A DNA stretch of 64,000 nucleotides from Octopus sinensis (GCF_006345805.1 NC_042997.1:189658001-189722000), one strand, 5' to 3'; shown: positions 35,757-48,695, counted from the first letter of the stretch. Notes: generated from the sequence alone by a model not told the origin. Translations and numbers: made by a program.

Positions 35757-36172
35757 AGGCGGCGAGCTGGCAGAAACGTTAGCACGTCAGACGAAATGCT
35801 TAGCGGTATTTCGTCTGCCGCTACGTTTTGAGTTCAAATTCCGCCGAGGTCGACTTTGCCTTTCATCCTTTCGGGGTCGATTAAATAAGTACCAGTTACG
35901 CACTGGAGTCGGTATAATCGACTTAATCCGTTTGTCTGTCCTTGTTTGTCCTCTCTGTGTTTAGCCCCTTGTGGGTAGTAAAGAAATAGGTATTTCGTCT
36001 GCCGCTACGTTCTGAGTTCAAATTCCGTCGAGGTCGACTTTGCCTTTCATCCTTTCGGGGTCGATAAATTAAGTACCAGTTTCGCACTGGGGTCGGTGTA
36101 ATCGACTTAAACCCTTTGTCTGTCCTTGTTTGTCCCCTCTAGGTTTAGCCCCTTGTGTGTAGTAAAGAAATA
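35757..36172 (+). mobile_element. SINE-B dimer
   Basis: 22-bp TSD TATATTCATCTATTTGTAAAAG at 35732-35753 and 36173-36194 around both units. Confidence 0.93.
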
Positions 36173-36525
36173 TATATTCATCTATTTGTAAAAGAGAACG
36201 TTAAACACTGAAGAAAATTTGGCTTCTATTTCTAGCAGGTAGACTGACTAGATAGAGGTTTGTTCATACGAAAAATAGCACTAAAGATGCCAAGAATAAT
36301 TAAAAGACTACATCAACCTGTGAAGTGCTTCAGCAGGAAAAAAATAGACAACAATTGATTGAATGCAAGAAAACAAGTGAGCCCTACCTACTTGTCATAT
36401 TTATAGACGTGTTTGGCATAAGTTAACAATGATTAATGAATGTTTCAACACTTATTCTTGTCATATACGCACATATATATTTACGATGTTTCTATAAACA
36501 TAACTTTACAATTTGTTGAATAGCA

Positions 36526-36563
<38 letters not shown>

Positions 36564-36565
<2 letters not shown>

Positions 36566-37340
36566 CATTATTGGTGAATTGAAGAAATGGAGCTGAACGC
36601 AGATTGAACAGAAATCGTTTTATTTCATTCTACACGTGTTTCGAAAGGCACAAATTACCAAAATCCGATTGAATAATGGGACCATATGTGTCTTTCTCTT
36701 CAGGAAGAAAAAAAGGAAATCCGTTGGAAAACAAAAACAGAACAGAGGCGGAGCAAAAAAACAAATCGAACTGTGCTCCTAAGAGCCCATGGCGAAACTG
36801 TTATCAGTGTATGTTGAGAACCGGTGGCTGAAGAATTCAACGGGTCAGGCATCGGTCAATCATGTGGGTGAGGGTGTATAGATGTTCTTTGTGACCGAGA
36901 ATAAAGTTCTGACTATTTAAAGAATATTGGATGTTTTATAAGGGGCGAGAAAAAATCTACTTAGAGACGTGTGTGGTGTATACTGTTCTATATATGTGTG
37001 TGTTGGCGTAGGGGTAGAAAACATTTTTGTGTACGTGTGGCGTTTGATCGTCCGGCTGTCAGTGGCTACTGCCGTGATAACCGTTGGGTGGCAGAAAAAA
37101 AATAAAAAAATTATAGTATGTGTGTGTGTGTATGTTCATCTAAGCCTGCCTTGACAAGGAAACCCCCCGCTGTGAAAAAACCAAGCCCCGTTTGTCTTAC
37201 AGGAGTAATTTCCCTTGCAGTGGTTAATCGTAGATATCTTAAAGGCTATTTCAGAATTGTTACCAAGGGCTATGGGTGCCGGTATTATTTATAAACGCTA
37301 TTTAAATAGCTATTTAAGATTATTCATCTTTCTATTTCAC
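36564..37340 (-). mobile_element. Unclassified element between two (TA)n tracts, probable Penelope-like 3' end
   Basis: Carries the hammerhead and the TTTATT..ACGTGTTTCG..TCTTCAG pattern; no clear ORF. Confidence 0.4.
36623..36711 (-). ncRNA. Type I hammerhead ribozyme candidate with intact core
   Basis: TTTTCTTC-CTGAAGA-GAAAGACACA..TGTGCCTTTC-GAA-ACACGTGT-A-GAATGAAA. Confidence 0.7.
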
Positions 37341-37383
37341 ATTATATATAATATATATATATATATTATATATATATATATAG

Positions 37384-37425
<42 letters not shown>

Positions 37426-37749
37426 ATATATAACTAATGTAGGATAAAATTTTTTTCGGGAAAAAAATTCATCAATGGCCAGCATATCAAAAATACCTTT
37501 AAAGGTTAAATTTATAAATAATTTACAATATAAGAGCAAAAGAAAAATTCTAATGCCAAATATGCCGAAAAAAAGACAAAAATTGTCAATTAACCATTAT
37601 AATTTATGCGTCTCGAAACAAACCAATAGAAATTTCTAAAAAAATCGTTATTACCGTATTGGACCAATTTCGGAGTTAATTCATAAGAATTTTCTCCTCT
37701 TCAGCGGCAAATACGCGATATATAAGTGAAATACTTACTCATACCCATA

Positions 37750-38745
37750 TTGATTGATTGATTGATTGATTCTAGTTTCAGCTTATGAGCTGTGGCCATG
37801 CTGGGGCACCGCCATTTGGTGTTGCTACTTGGTTTCACTTCATGGAGGCTTTCTAGCAACTGCTATTTGGTGCATGAGAGAGTTCGATGCAGCTGCCCTC
37901 ATCTGCCCCTCCTGCCGTGAAGTTGGTTCATCTGGGACACCTGACAGGAAGAGATCCAGCTCCATTTTAAAGACATCTGTATCCACCCCATGCAGGTCTC
38001 TCAGGTTCTTCGGGAGGATATTGAAGAGCTGTGGGCCTCGGAAGCCCAGGCTATCACAGAATCTTGTCCTACATCTTGATGGCAAGTTTGGAGTCCTAGG
38101 CACCACGCAGTGGCGCCCAGTTCTGGCATTTGCGTAACTCTCGATGCCAAAGTTCAGGACACTTCCCTCCAGGACCTTCCAGATGTATATTATGGCATAT
38201 CTTTCCCGCCTACGCTCCAGGGAATATAATTTGAATCTCTTGAGTCTTTCCCAGTAGCTTACATTCTGCATAGAGGCTATCTTCTTCGTGTAGCTTCGTT
38301 GGATCGCCTCAAGTTCTGTGATCAACTTGACACTGGATGGTGACCATAGCTGAGAGCAATAGTCAAAGTGGCTTAGGACAAGTGTCTTCCAGAGGACCAT
38401 CATGGTTTCTTGTTCTCTTGTTCTAAAGGTTCTAAGAATCCAGCCAGCCAGCCGTCTGCATTTCATTGTCAGTTTAGCAACATGTACATGAAAGGTCGCG
38501 TCATCACTCATGTGAATACCCAGGTCACGCACTGATTGTGCCTCTGGGATTGCAATCCCTCCGGGTCCAGTGTATTCCTTGGGTATTGCATTCAGTTTTG
38601 CATGCTGATAGTATAAAGCTTGAAACTTTTCAGCATTGAACTGCATGCTGTTCTTTTCAGCCCACTTGTATATTTCGTCCAGCTCATATTGCAGGTGCTT
38701 AGTGTCTTCAGGGTTCTGTATTGCCTGTGAAACTTTTGTATCATC

Positions 38746-38751
<6 letters not shown>
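37750..38751 (-). mobile_element. CR1/L2-group LINE, 5'-truncated at YADD, open to the stop codon
   Basis: YADDTK, WAEKNSMQFNAEKF, VRDLGI, FDYCSQLWSP, SLERRRER; 3' hairpin plus (ATCA)n tail; 5' end abuts (TA)n. Confidence 0.93.
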
Positions 38752-38791
<40 letters not shown>

Positions 38792-39063
38792 ATATATATA
38801 TATTTAAAAAAAGGAGATGTGGAACACGAGTTGTGATATATAAAAAAAGGAAATGAAGAGAATGCTGACAAAATAATTTAAGTAAGGGAGAGTGTATTTA
38901 ATTAGGTGAAAGTTCTTTTTACCGGTTTTGCGCATTTGTTATGCTTATCAAAAGATATTTTTTTAAGAGGGATAGAGTTTCGGCGAAACTTTATCTCAGA
39001 ACGTAAAGACGGACGAAATGTCACTAAGTATTTTGTTCGACGTGTATCAATTCTGTCAGCTCG

Positions 39064-39123
<60 letters not shown>

Positions 39124-39244
39124 ACACACACACACACATACACACATTGATAAATACCAAAGTGAGCGCATAAATGTGAAACAAGGTGGCAAAAAATAGT
39201 ACTCGATTACCGGAGGTAGAGTAATATACTTTATTATTACAGAA

Positions 39245-39286
39245 AGCTGCTACTCAGAGTTTCACGTCCCTGTTTGTCGGACAGCT
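39245..39286 (-). ncRNA. Degenerate hammerhead-like motif
   Basis: AGCTGT-CCGACAA-ACAGGGACGT-GAA-ACTCTGAGT-A-GCAGCT; 6-bp helix I. Confidence 0.4.
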
Positions 39287-39331
39287 GTGATTTAGAATTG
39301 ATAAATATACAGATAAAGAATTGATAGATAT

Positions 39332-39725
39332 ACTCTTTTACTCTTTTACTTGTTTCAGTCATTTGACTGTGGCCATGTTGGAGCACCGCCTTTAGTCGAG
39401 CAAATCGACCCCAGGACATATTCTTTGTAAGCCTAGTACTTATTCTATCGGTCTCTTTTGCCGAACCGCTAAGTTACGGGGACGTAAACACACCATCATG
39501 CGATGTTGGGGAGACAAACACAGATACACAACCATACACACACATACATATACATATGTACGACGGGCTTCTTTCAGTTTCCGTCTACCAAATCCACTCA
39601 CAAGATTTTGGTCGCCCCGAGGCTATAGTAGAAGACACTTATCGAAGGTGCCACGCAGTGGGACTGAACCCGGAACCATGTGGTTGGTAAGTAAGCTACT
39701 TACCACACAGCCACTCCTACGCCTA
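39332..39725 (-). mobile_element. SINE-A full length
   Basis: Matches SINE-A. Confidence 0.9.
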
Positions 39726-40727
39726 TATATAGATAAAGAAAGAGAGAGTGATACATATTTACGTGTTTGTATACATGCAGTATTATACATACGTATATAC
39801 ACGAACACATGTTGAAATATATGCCCTGAGAGGTAGGAAAATGTATCCATATATGAATATAAGTGAATATGGAAATCGTGAGAAAGAAAAGTGAATTTAA
39901 AGAAGCATATATGTAATTATGCACTGGCTACTACTTAAATATATGGAAGGCAAGTAGACTCGAAATAAAATCATATAAAGGATATACTCTTATACATGTG
40001 TGTGTGTGTCTGTGGTATATTTATTGTAATACACATAGGCACAAATATGCGAACAGTAATAATTTATAGAAAACAAGTGATTTAATATCAATGTGAATGA
40101 AGGCCTCATGGAACAAAGTAGAGACTGGGAGATAATGCATAATATTATTGAATATAGCAAACGATAGGACGGAAGTATGTATTGGAAGATGAACGATAGA
40201 AAGAAGATTCAGACATTACAATAAAATGAGCAACGATATAATGGTGGAAAGGAGGCAAGCATATCTATTTCGGAAAGAAGTTTTGCATATATATAGAAAG
40301 AAAAATCAATTAGTATTTGAAAATTCTAAATTTGATAGTAAAAGGGGGAATCGATATAAACTATTGAAGTTTATCATGCTAGAACAACGAAGGGAAGAGT
40401 AGAACCAGACAGATTATAGAATTTTTTGTTTTTGGGAAGGAGACGTTACTGGTCAAAAATTTAAAACAAATATTTGAAAAGACGAGTGTATTATGGCTTA
40501 GGAGATAGAAGAAAAATGATTGTATTAATAATAGAATAAAGGACGCTTAATGTGTATGAGTGTTTGAAAAGGTTTAACGAAAGCGGTCACGTACTAGAAA
40601 AATACTTCTTCCTAAAAAGGGTTAGTAATATCGTTATAAAAGATTTCATAACATTTAAAAAAAATCTTATTTAAAAAAAGAAATTACTTTTACACTTCAT
40701 AAACTGTATTAAGTAATCCTCGTAGAC

Positions 40728-40771
<44 letters not shown>

Positions 40772-40929
40772 TACTAGGAGAAGAAGAAACGAAACGAAAC
40801 GAATCGAATCGAATCGAATCGATGCGAGGGCGCTCAGTCATACAATAGTGTAATAAATAAAATATATGCATACATACATACATACATACATATATGTACG
40901 CACCTACATCTACATGTATATATACATGC

Positions 40930-41405
40930 ATATATAAATATATATACGTGAGTACAGGACACCACAAATAGACGTAGAACTCAACGAGAAACGAAGACGT
41001 AAAAACAAGCAAGGAATGGACCATTTTTTACAACGAAAAACAGCGTACAAGACGAACTACACAAGGAAAAATCCCCTTCATCAGCTGTCCCTAGTTCAAC
41101 TCCAGCGTGTTTCGAAGGTGAGGACAGAACACGACTCGTCGAACTAGCCCTTCCTGCGAGAGAATTAAATAAAATTACTTCGCAGAGGGGTAAAAACAAG
41201 GAAGAAAAAATGTGACACAGACAGGACGTAAAAACGATACAAATAAAATTACAAAATAAAATACAAAATAAAATACAAAATAAAAATACAATTACAAAAA
41301 AATACAAAAAAATACAATACGAGAAATAAAAGCAAACAAGAAAACAAACGAAGAGGGCCTTTTTTTGGCCTAGACGAGGAAGATTCTAAGAGCGCAAGAA
41401 AAACC
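40930..41405. mobile_element. Unclassified structured repeat between (TA)n tracts
   Basis: Several internal inverted repeats, (AAAATAC)n, and a partial CTGATGA core on the minus strand. Confidence 0.35.
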
Positions 41406-41427
41406 ATATATATATATATATATATAT

Positions 41428-41481
41428 GGCGGTGCCCCAGCATGGCCACAGCTCGTGAGCTGAAACTAGAATCAATCAATC
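41428..41481 (+). mobile_element. 54-bp 3'-terminal copy of the 37.75-38.75-kb LINE inside (TA)n
   Basis: GGCGGTGCCCCAGCATGGCCACAGCTCGTGAGCTGAAACTAGAATCAATCAATC. Confidence 0.85.
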
Positions 41482-41573
41482 ATATATATATATATATCTG
41501 AAATGCTTTAAAAAATATTGTTTGGACATACATATCGAGTTATAAAAAGGCAGCGCTAGAAAATTATTTATAA

Positions 41574-41583
41574 CTGAGAGAGA

Positions 41584-41614
<31 letters not shown>

Positions 41615-41679
41615 TGAGAGAGAGAGAGAGAGAGATTGAGACAGACAGACAGACAGAGAGTGAAAGAGAGGAAGAGAGG

Positions 41680-41717
<38 letters not shown>

Positions 41718-41794
41718 GAGAGAGAGTGAGAGAGAGAGAGAGAGAGATTGAGACAGACAGACAGACAGAGAGTGAAAGAGAGGAAGAGAGGGAG

Positions 41795-41842
<48 letters not shown>

Positions 41843-41845
41843 GAA
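41574..41845. repeat. Polypurine (GA)n/(GACA)n tract with a duplicated higher-order unit of about 110 bp
   Basis: ATTGAGACAGACAGACAGACAGAGAGTGAAAGAGAGGAAGAGAGGG occurs twice. Confidence 0.9.
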
Positions 41846-42354
41846 TAAGAAAGCCTAAATTGATATTGTATGAAAACTTCATGGACGAAATTTTGAATTA
41901 AACAGAATGGAGTGAATGAAATTAGTCTCTACTACAAAATTCTACAAATTGTTGGTGAATTACATAGAAATGCAGAAACATACACCTGAAAATTAGAGAA
42001 ATTTAAATGAGTAGTTTACATAGGCTTATAGATGAAAAGGCCCAAGATAATGGCGAAAGTATTTTAGAAACTTAACGAAAAGTATGCAGGCGGAGAAGAG
42101 ACACATAATAACAGGCAGCTACGAAAATATAAATATTTAAACGGATTGCTAAACGCACGAATCAAGATAAAAACACCTTCGAGTTGTATTTGAAAGAAAG
42201 TTTTGCAAGTAAAAGTGAAGGAGAAATTGAAATGTATCATTAAAATATTAATGAAACATGTCTGATTGCAAAGAGTGAAAGATATATATATATATGTGAT
42301 CTCTTAACATGTGATCAACATGTGATCTCTTAAGCACCACCAGCTCAAATATTT

Positions 42355-42545
42355 TCTCCTCTGTCTTCCCTCCTTGGGACCTTTCCTTCTCCTTGTTTCC
42401 GACGAAGAGCTCCGCTCGAAACGTTAAACCCTCCTTCCCTTCTTTCCTGAGCGTCAATAATACTTTAATTGTTCCACGTCCTGCGTTGCTGCGTATTTTT
42501 CTCTTTTTTTCTCTCTTTTTCTGTGTTTTCTTGTTTGGATTAACT
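42355..42545 (+). mobile_element. Second copy of the 147-356 repeat; variant hammerhead at 42395-42429
   Basis: GTTT-CCGACGA-A-GAGC(TCC)GCTC-GAAACGT-T-AAAC; ends at (TA)n. A 3' fragment also lies at about 18505-18580. Confidence 0.65.
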
Positions 42546-43689
42546 ATATATATATATATATATATATATAAGGATCTCTTCCAGGGGCCCTATTATCGAT
42601 TGTTTTCAACAATCTGAGTATGCCATGAGGCTTCCAGACATGAGTTCTACTCACATGTTAAGTTTCATCAAAATCGATTAAACGATATAGGAGGAGTGAA
42701 TAACTTTTGTATACAGTACAGGGTAAATAACTGAGTGTCAAAGTAAAACCAACCAACAAACAAAATATTTGGAAAATTAAGTTAATCTCTTTTATAGGTG
42801 AACGCAGAAATATGAACGGACCCAAGACGAAACAACAAAACACAAATAAGTACTCACACATATGTACATACAGAAATGCACGCATGCATGTATACACACA
42901 CACGCGCACACGCACACACACATACACACACACATGTATAAATACACACACACACACACATATAAGTTTAAAAACGTATTGTAAATGCACAAACGAAAAG
43001 CAGACAGAGAATGGCAAGTTAGAAAACGTATAGTAAATGCATAGACGAACGGAAGACAGACAGAGAATGTCTCCAACTCCTCACCAGTTATCGACCAGTG
43101 AGTCAATCACAATTTCGTGCCTTTAACGATAATATATATTCCCATCAGGTAGCACTGGCAATAACTGCCAGGAATATAGGATCGAGAACGGACAAACAAT
43201 ACATGGATAACAAGCGTTACAAAAGTGGACATACGAAAATGAATAAATGCAATTCAAGACAAGACCGTTAGTAGACGGACGAGGGAAAAAACAAAGAAAC
43301 AAAATGTGGCCTTAGGGTTGAAGGAAAAAGAAGTATTGGTAATGCTAACAGGGAAATCCTAAAGGATTGGAAACAGAAAGACAACAGACAGTGCAACAGG
43401 TGAAGTGAAGACTAGAGAAATTACGATCGGTTGCTTCATATGTATATATACAAATTAGTTAGCAGTTCAAATACGTTTGAGGCATACTCGAACCCGCAAG
43501 AAAGCCATTCACTGCATTTAGTTATGGAGAAAATTTCTCGATGTTGAGAAATAGGTGCAAATACATCGAGTTGGCTCACAGCGCTACCTAACCAGACTAT
43601 ACAGCGAACCGCTATTTACAGCAACGAGTCATTGAACGAAACGGGAATATCATAAGAGGGGCCTGTCTTTTGTGTCAGTTCGCATCACC

Positions 43690-45135
43690 TAATGTTCCGG
43701 CATCTGCTACTGAAGAGGAGTTAATCATTCCGAAATGCATGCATCTCACAGTCTGCTTAAGTGTCTACACATACATACATATTGTAAACAGACGCATTTA
43801 AAACCGAGCATTACAAATTTAGTTCCTTTTAGAAAGATAATCAATAAATGGCTTCAACATCCTAACAGGCCGGCGCCGCTACGTTTTATATGTAACACAG
43901 GGGATGAATGCACGTTAAACTTACTACATCAGAAGCATGAACCAACTTGCAATAAATTAACTTGTAGGGCATCTAGATAGCTTGTAATGGGCTACCTAGA
44001 ACTTAAAATATACCAATCATCACTACAAAAATATGGCAACTCATTTCATAGTTATTTAAAGGAGAACTGGAAGAGGTATTTGGAGGATTGCTTTATACTT
44101 TGGAAAAATAGCATGGATAAACTCCTCGATTTCAAAATAATGCTTAACAATATTCATAGCAACATACAATTCACCATGGAGCACAGCAATAAACAACTCC
44201 CTTTTCTTGACATCCTAATTAAAATAGTCAATAATCACATCAAAACAGCCATCTTCTATAAACAAACATATTTAAAACAATACCTATAATTCAACGCATG
44301 CCACCCCAAACACATAAAAATTGATATACCTTATAATCTAGCAAAAAGAATCTGTACCATAGTTTCGGACAACTATACTCGTGAACGAAGACTCCTTGAA
44401 CTCAGATCAATACTAATCAAAAGATTACCCAATACCATTAATAAATGATGGTATTAAACGAGCAAGGAAATGAAATACTACACCAGACTTTAAAATACTC
44501 CCATACATCTCCACAAATAACCCTAGAAACAATAAAGCCCTGAACATTATCATCCAAAATCTACCCATCCTCACAGGAGATAAATCAGTGAACAATATTT
44601 TAGGCTCACACAAAATTATCAAAAGCAAAATGCAACCTAAATCATTGAAATATTAACCAGCGCAAAACTATATCCATTAACAACGGAACCAAAAGTGAAA
44701 AAATGCGGTCGACCTAACTGTGGAATATGCCCCCGACCTTTTGGAGGGTTCAGATTTCCACTTTAACCAAGGTGAAATATTTAAGTTTAAATCAAATTTC
44801 ACCTGTGCCTCGGAAAACCTAATCTATGCCATCACATGCTTAGGGTGTGGTAATCATTATATTGGCCAAACAGGAATATCACTCTGTCAAAGAACCACTC
44901 TCCACAAAGAACAAATCCGCTACCCACAATACAGACAGATACAGGTCCGTGAACACATAGAAAGATATGCTACGAACCTTAATCCTAATTTCCTAATTTT
45001 CTCCTTCTATGAATGTTCACAGAAAACATCAGTACAGCAAAGAATGAATAAAGAGGCAACTTTCATCAATAAATATCGTCCACAACTCAATATGAACCCG
45101 TAACATAATACAGAACACTACTAACCTTTCAATTA
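43690..45135 (+). mobile_element. Penelope-like retroelement (Neptune-like), 5'-truncated and disrupted RT plus GIY-YIG endonuclease
   Basis: LVMGYLE, KRYLEDCF, IQFTMEH..LPFLDI, CHPKHIK..IPYNLAKRI, KCGRPNCGICP linker, FTCASENLIYAITCLGCGNHYIGQT..R..LH; several stops and frameshifts. Confidence 0.9.
43704..43751 (+). ncRNA. Hammerhead motif upstream of the Penelope ORF
   Basis: CTGAAGA-GGAGT(TAATC)ATTCC-GAA-ATGCATGCAT-C; core intact, helix I with 2 mismatches. Confidence 0.65.
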
Positions 45136-45223
45136 ATACCACTAACCCCCATACATCCCATACGCCCGGTCTGAGAATCGAAACCGCGATCCTACGACTG
45201 CGAGCCCGCTGCCCTAACCACTG

Positions 45224-45376
45224 TGTGGCAAGTAACTTACTTACCAACCACATGGTTCTAGGTTCAGTCCCACTGCGTGGTACCTTGGGTATGTGTCTTA
45301 TACTAGAAGATCTGGCCGACAAAAGCCTTGTGAGTGGATTTGGTAGATGGAAACTGAAAGAAGCCCATCGTATATA

Positions 45377-45429
<53 letters not shown>

Positions 45430-45660
45430 ATGTGTGTGTGTGCGTGTGTGTGTGTTTGTTCGTGTGTCTTTGTTTGTCCCTCAACATCGCTTGACAACCG
45501 ATGCTGGTGTGTTTACGTCCCCGTCACTTAGCGGTTCGGCAAAAGAAACCGATAGAATAAGTACTAGGCTTCCAAAGAATAAGTTCTGTGGTCGATTTGC
45601 TCGACTAAAAGCGGTGCTCCAGCACTGCCGCAGTCAAAGGACTGAAGCAAGTAAAAGAGT
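45224..45660 (+). mobile_element. SINE-A (preceded by a SINE-C head fragment at 45158-45223, minus)
   Basis: Matches SINE-A. Confidence 0.85.
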
Positions 45661-45744
45661 ATATACATGTGTGTGTGTGTGTGTGTGTGTACGTGTGCAC
45701 GTGCGTGTATCTATCTATTTATCTACACGATCGTGCCTGTGTAC

Positions 45745-46125
45745 TTTTTATCTTTTACTTGTTTCAGTCATTAGACTTCGGCCATGCTGGGGCAGTGCAT
45801 TGAAGAATTTTTAGTCGAATGAATTGACCCCAATACTTTTATTTTTTTTCTTAAGCTTGATGCTTATTCTCTCCGTCACTTTTGCCGAACCGCTAAGCTA
45901 CGGAGACATAGAAACGCCATCACTGGATGCCAAGCGTGATGGGAGACAAGCACACACGCATACACATATATGTACGCGGTTGGCATATTTTAGTTTCCGT
46001 CTACCATATCCTCTCACAATGCTTTGGTCAGCCTAAGGCTATAGTAGGAGACACTATTTCAAGGTGTCATGCACAGGGACTGAACACGGAATCACGTGGT
46101 TGGGAAACAAACTACTAACCTGCAC
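45745..46125 (-). mobile_element. SINE-A, old and degenerate
   Basis: Diverged match. Confidence 0.7.
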
Positions 46126-46246
46126 CTATGAATGAATGTATATATGTTTTATTTTTCTCTTTTCAAATTAGAGCTAATAGTTACCGCCTAGGCTGCGAAG
46201 GAAAGCGTCTTGTTTTATTCGTAAACCCTTAAATCTTAAAAAAGGT

Positions 46247-46637
46247 ATTGCAGTGGCTGTGTGGTAAGTAGCTTGTTTATCAACCACATGGTACCGGGTT
46301 CAGTCCCACTGCGTGGCATCTTGGGCAGTGTCTTCTGCTATAGTCCCGGGCGACCAATGCCTTGTGAGAGGATTTGGTAGACGGTAACTGAAAGAAGCCC
46401 GTCGTATATATGTATATATATGTATGTATGTGTGTCTGTGTTTGTCCCCCTAGCATTGCTTGACAACCGATGGTGGTGTGTTTATGTCCCCGTCACTTAG
46501 CGGTTCGGCAAAAGAGACCGATAGAATAAGTACTGGGCTTACAAAGAATAAGTCCCGGGGTCGATTTGCTCGACTAAAGGCGGTGCTCCAGCATGGCCGC
46601 AGTTAAATGACTGAAACAAGTAAAGGAGTAAAAGAGT
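46247..46637 (+). mobile_element. SINE-A full length
   Basis: Matches SINE-A. Confidence 0.9.
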
Positions 46638-47706
46638 CATTTATCATTGCAAATATAATGACCATTTGTAGTGTATAAATTAAGGATTTGTATTCTCCTT
46701 TCTAGAATCTATGTTCATACATAGCTATCTCCAGGGTGGGTGCGTATCCTGTTGCTTCAATAATAATAGATATGAAACTGAAAGTGTATCTTGGGTACTG
46801 GGTTTGCAAAGTTCTTATCAATAGTCCATAGGCGTTTTCTTCATGTACTTTTGACATGTGTGCCTAATTATGTGAGAAAGAACGAGAGAGAGAGAGAGAG
46901 AGAGAGAGGGGGGAGAAAGACAACGAGAGTTATAGATATGAGCACACACACACATTCAGAGACATATCGATTACCCGAATTCGTTTTTATTGAGACATTT
47001 GTTAAATGCTATGGACGCAAAAATAGTTTCCTTATATTTGCAAAATATTTATAATTAACTCACACACATATACACAGACAGACAGATAGACACACACACA
47101 TACGCACGCACACACACGCCCCCACACACATGACCTGTAATATACATACATTATTTCCAAGTGAAATAATTCTTTATACCACATATGTTCTAAGTAGCAG
47201 ATCCCTGGAGACAATCTATAATATTAGTTGTAAGTCTGACTACACCAAAACCTTGCAGACTTAAATTCCACTTCAAGGCTTAGGCAGGTCTTCAGCTCTC
47301 AATACATAATGTTGCTACTGCTGGTGTGCGTGTGTCCTCATGTATGTATATGTGCATGTACCTCTGAGTGTATACGTATATACGTGTATACACGTACGTA
47401 TGTATCTATGTAGGTACGTATGTATGTGTGTGTATTATATATATATAATATATATATATATATGCTTGCCTAGAAAGGGAGAGAGAGAGAGAGAGAGAGA
47501 GGGAAAGAGAAGAAAAGGAAAGAAAGGAAAGAGAGGAAAAGTGAGACGCACTTATAATAATGTGCGTGTATACACACACACATAGATACATACAAAGACA
47601 TTAGCAGACATATACACCGACAGTTTGATATTTGTCAGTATGTATATGTACATCTATTTTGTTATATATGTGCATACACGCGTCTATATGTACATGCATA
47701 TGTATG

Positions 47707-47990
<284 letters not shown>

Positions 47991-48374
47991 GATATATATA
48001 TATAGAAAGAAAAAATGGAGAGATGAATAGTCAGACAGACAGTCAGGCAGATAGATAATAGATAGATCATATAGTTTTGGCCCAAAGGGCTGGCTCTCAT
48101 CAACGACTCACAACTAATCCTCATCATATGCTCCTCTAAATTAATCTCCTGCTTGCATCATTCTCCTCAGACAATACTATTTAAAATAAATGTACTGTGT
48201 TATAAAAATATCTATGAGTATCAAAAGTTCACATAAAGACACAAACACACACAGGTGATCCTCCTACGCACTTAATTGTTTAAATAGACAAAAACAGCCA
48301 ACTAAAGACCTCTTTTTATTCACTGTTAATGTTAAAATCCGCAATTCTTCGTCTTTTACATTACTCCCAACCGT

Positions 48375-48695
48375 TTATAAAATATCACCGTGATCACCGT
48401 GACCGACCAGGCTATCTGATGTTGCTACACATCGCTGGTCACAATGCGCTTCGCATTGTTTTAGCCTTCAAATGACGCCACCCCGCTGGCTAAGCGAGCA
48501 GGCCAACAGAAGAAAGAGTGAGAGAAAGTTGTGGCGAAAGAGTACAGCAGGGATCGCCAGCATCCCCTGCCGGAGCTTCGTGGAGCTTTAGGTGTTTCCG
48601 CTCAATAAACACTCACAACACCCAGTCTGGGAATCGAAACCGCGATCCTACGACCGCGAGTCCGCTGCCCTAACCACTGGGCCATTGCGCCTCAA
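48375..48695 (-). mobile_element. SINE head C plus tail F, full length
   Basis: As 26713-26990. Confidence 0.9.

Noticed and set aside
39780-42250. Purine-rich AT DNA resembling very old LINE remnants (40100-40640, 41880-42250)
   Set aside because: No motif could be recovered by manual translation.
43110-43150. Minus-strand CTGATGG..GAAAT
   Set aside because: Core mutated and the stems do not pair.
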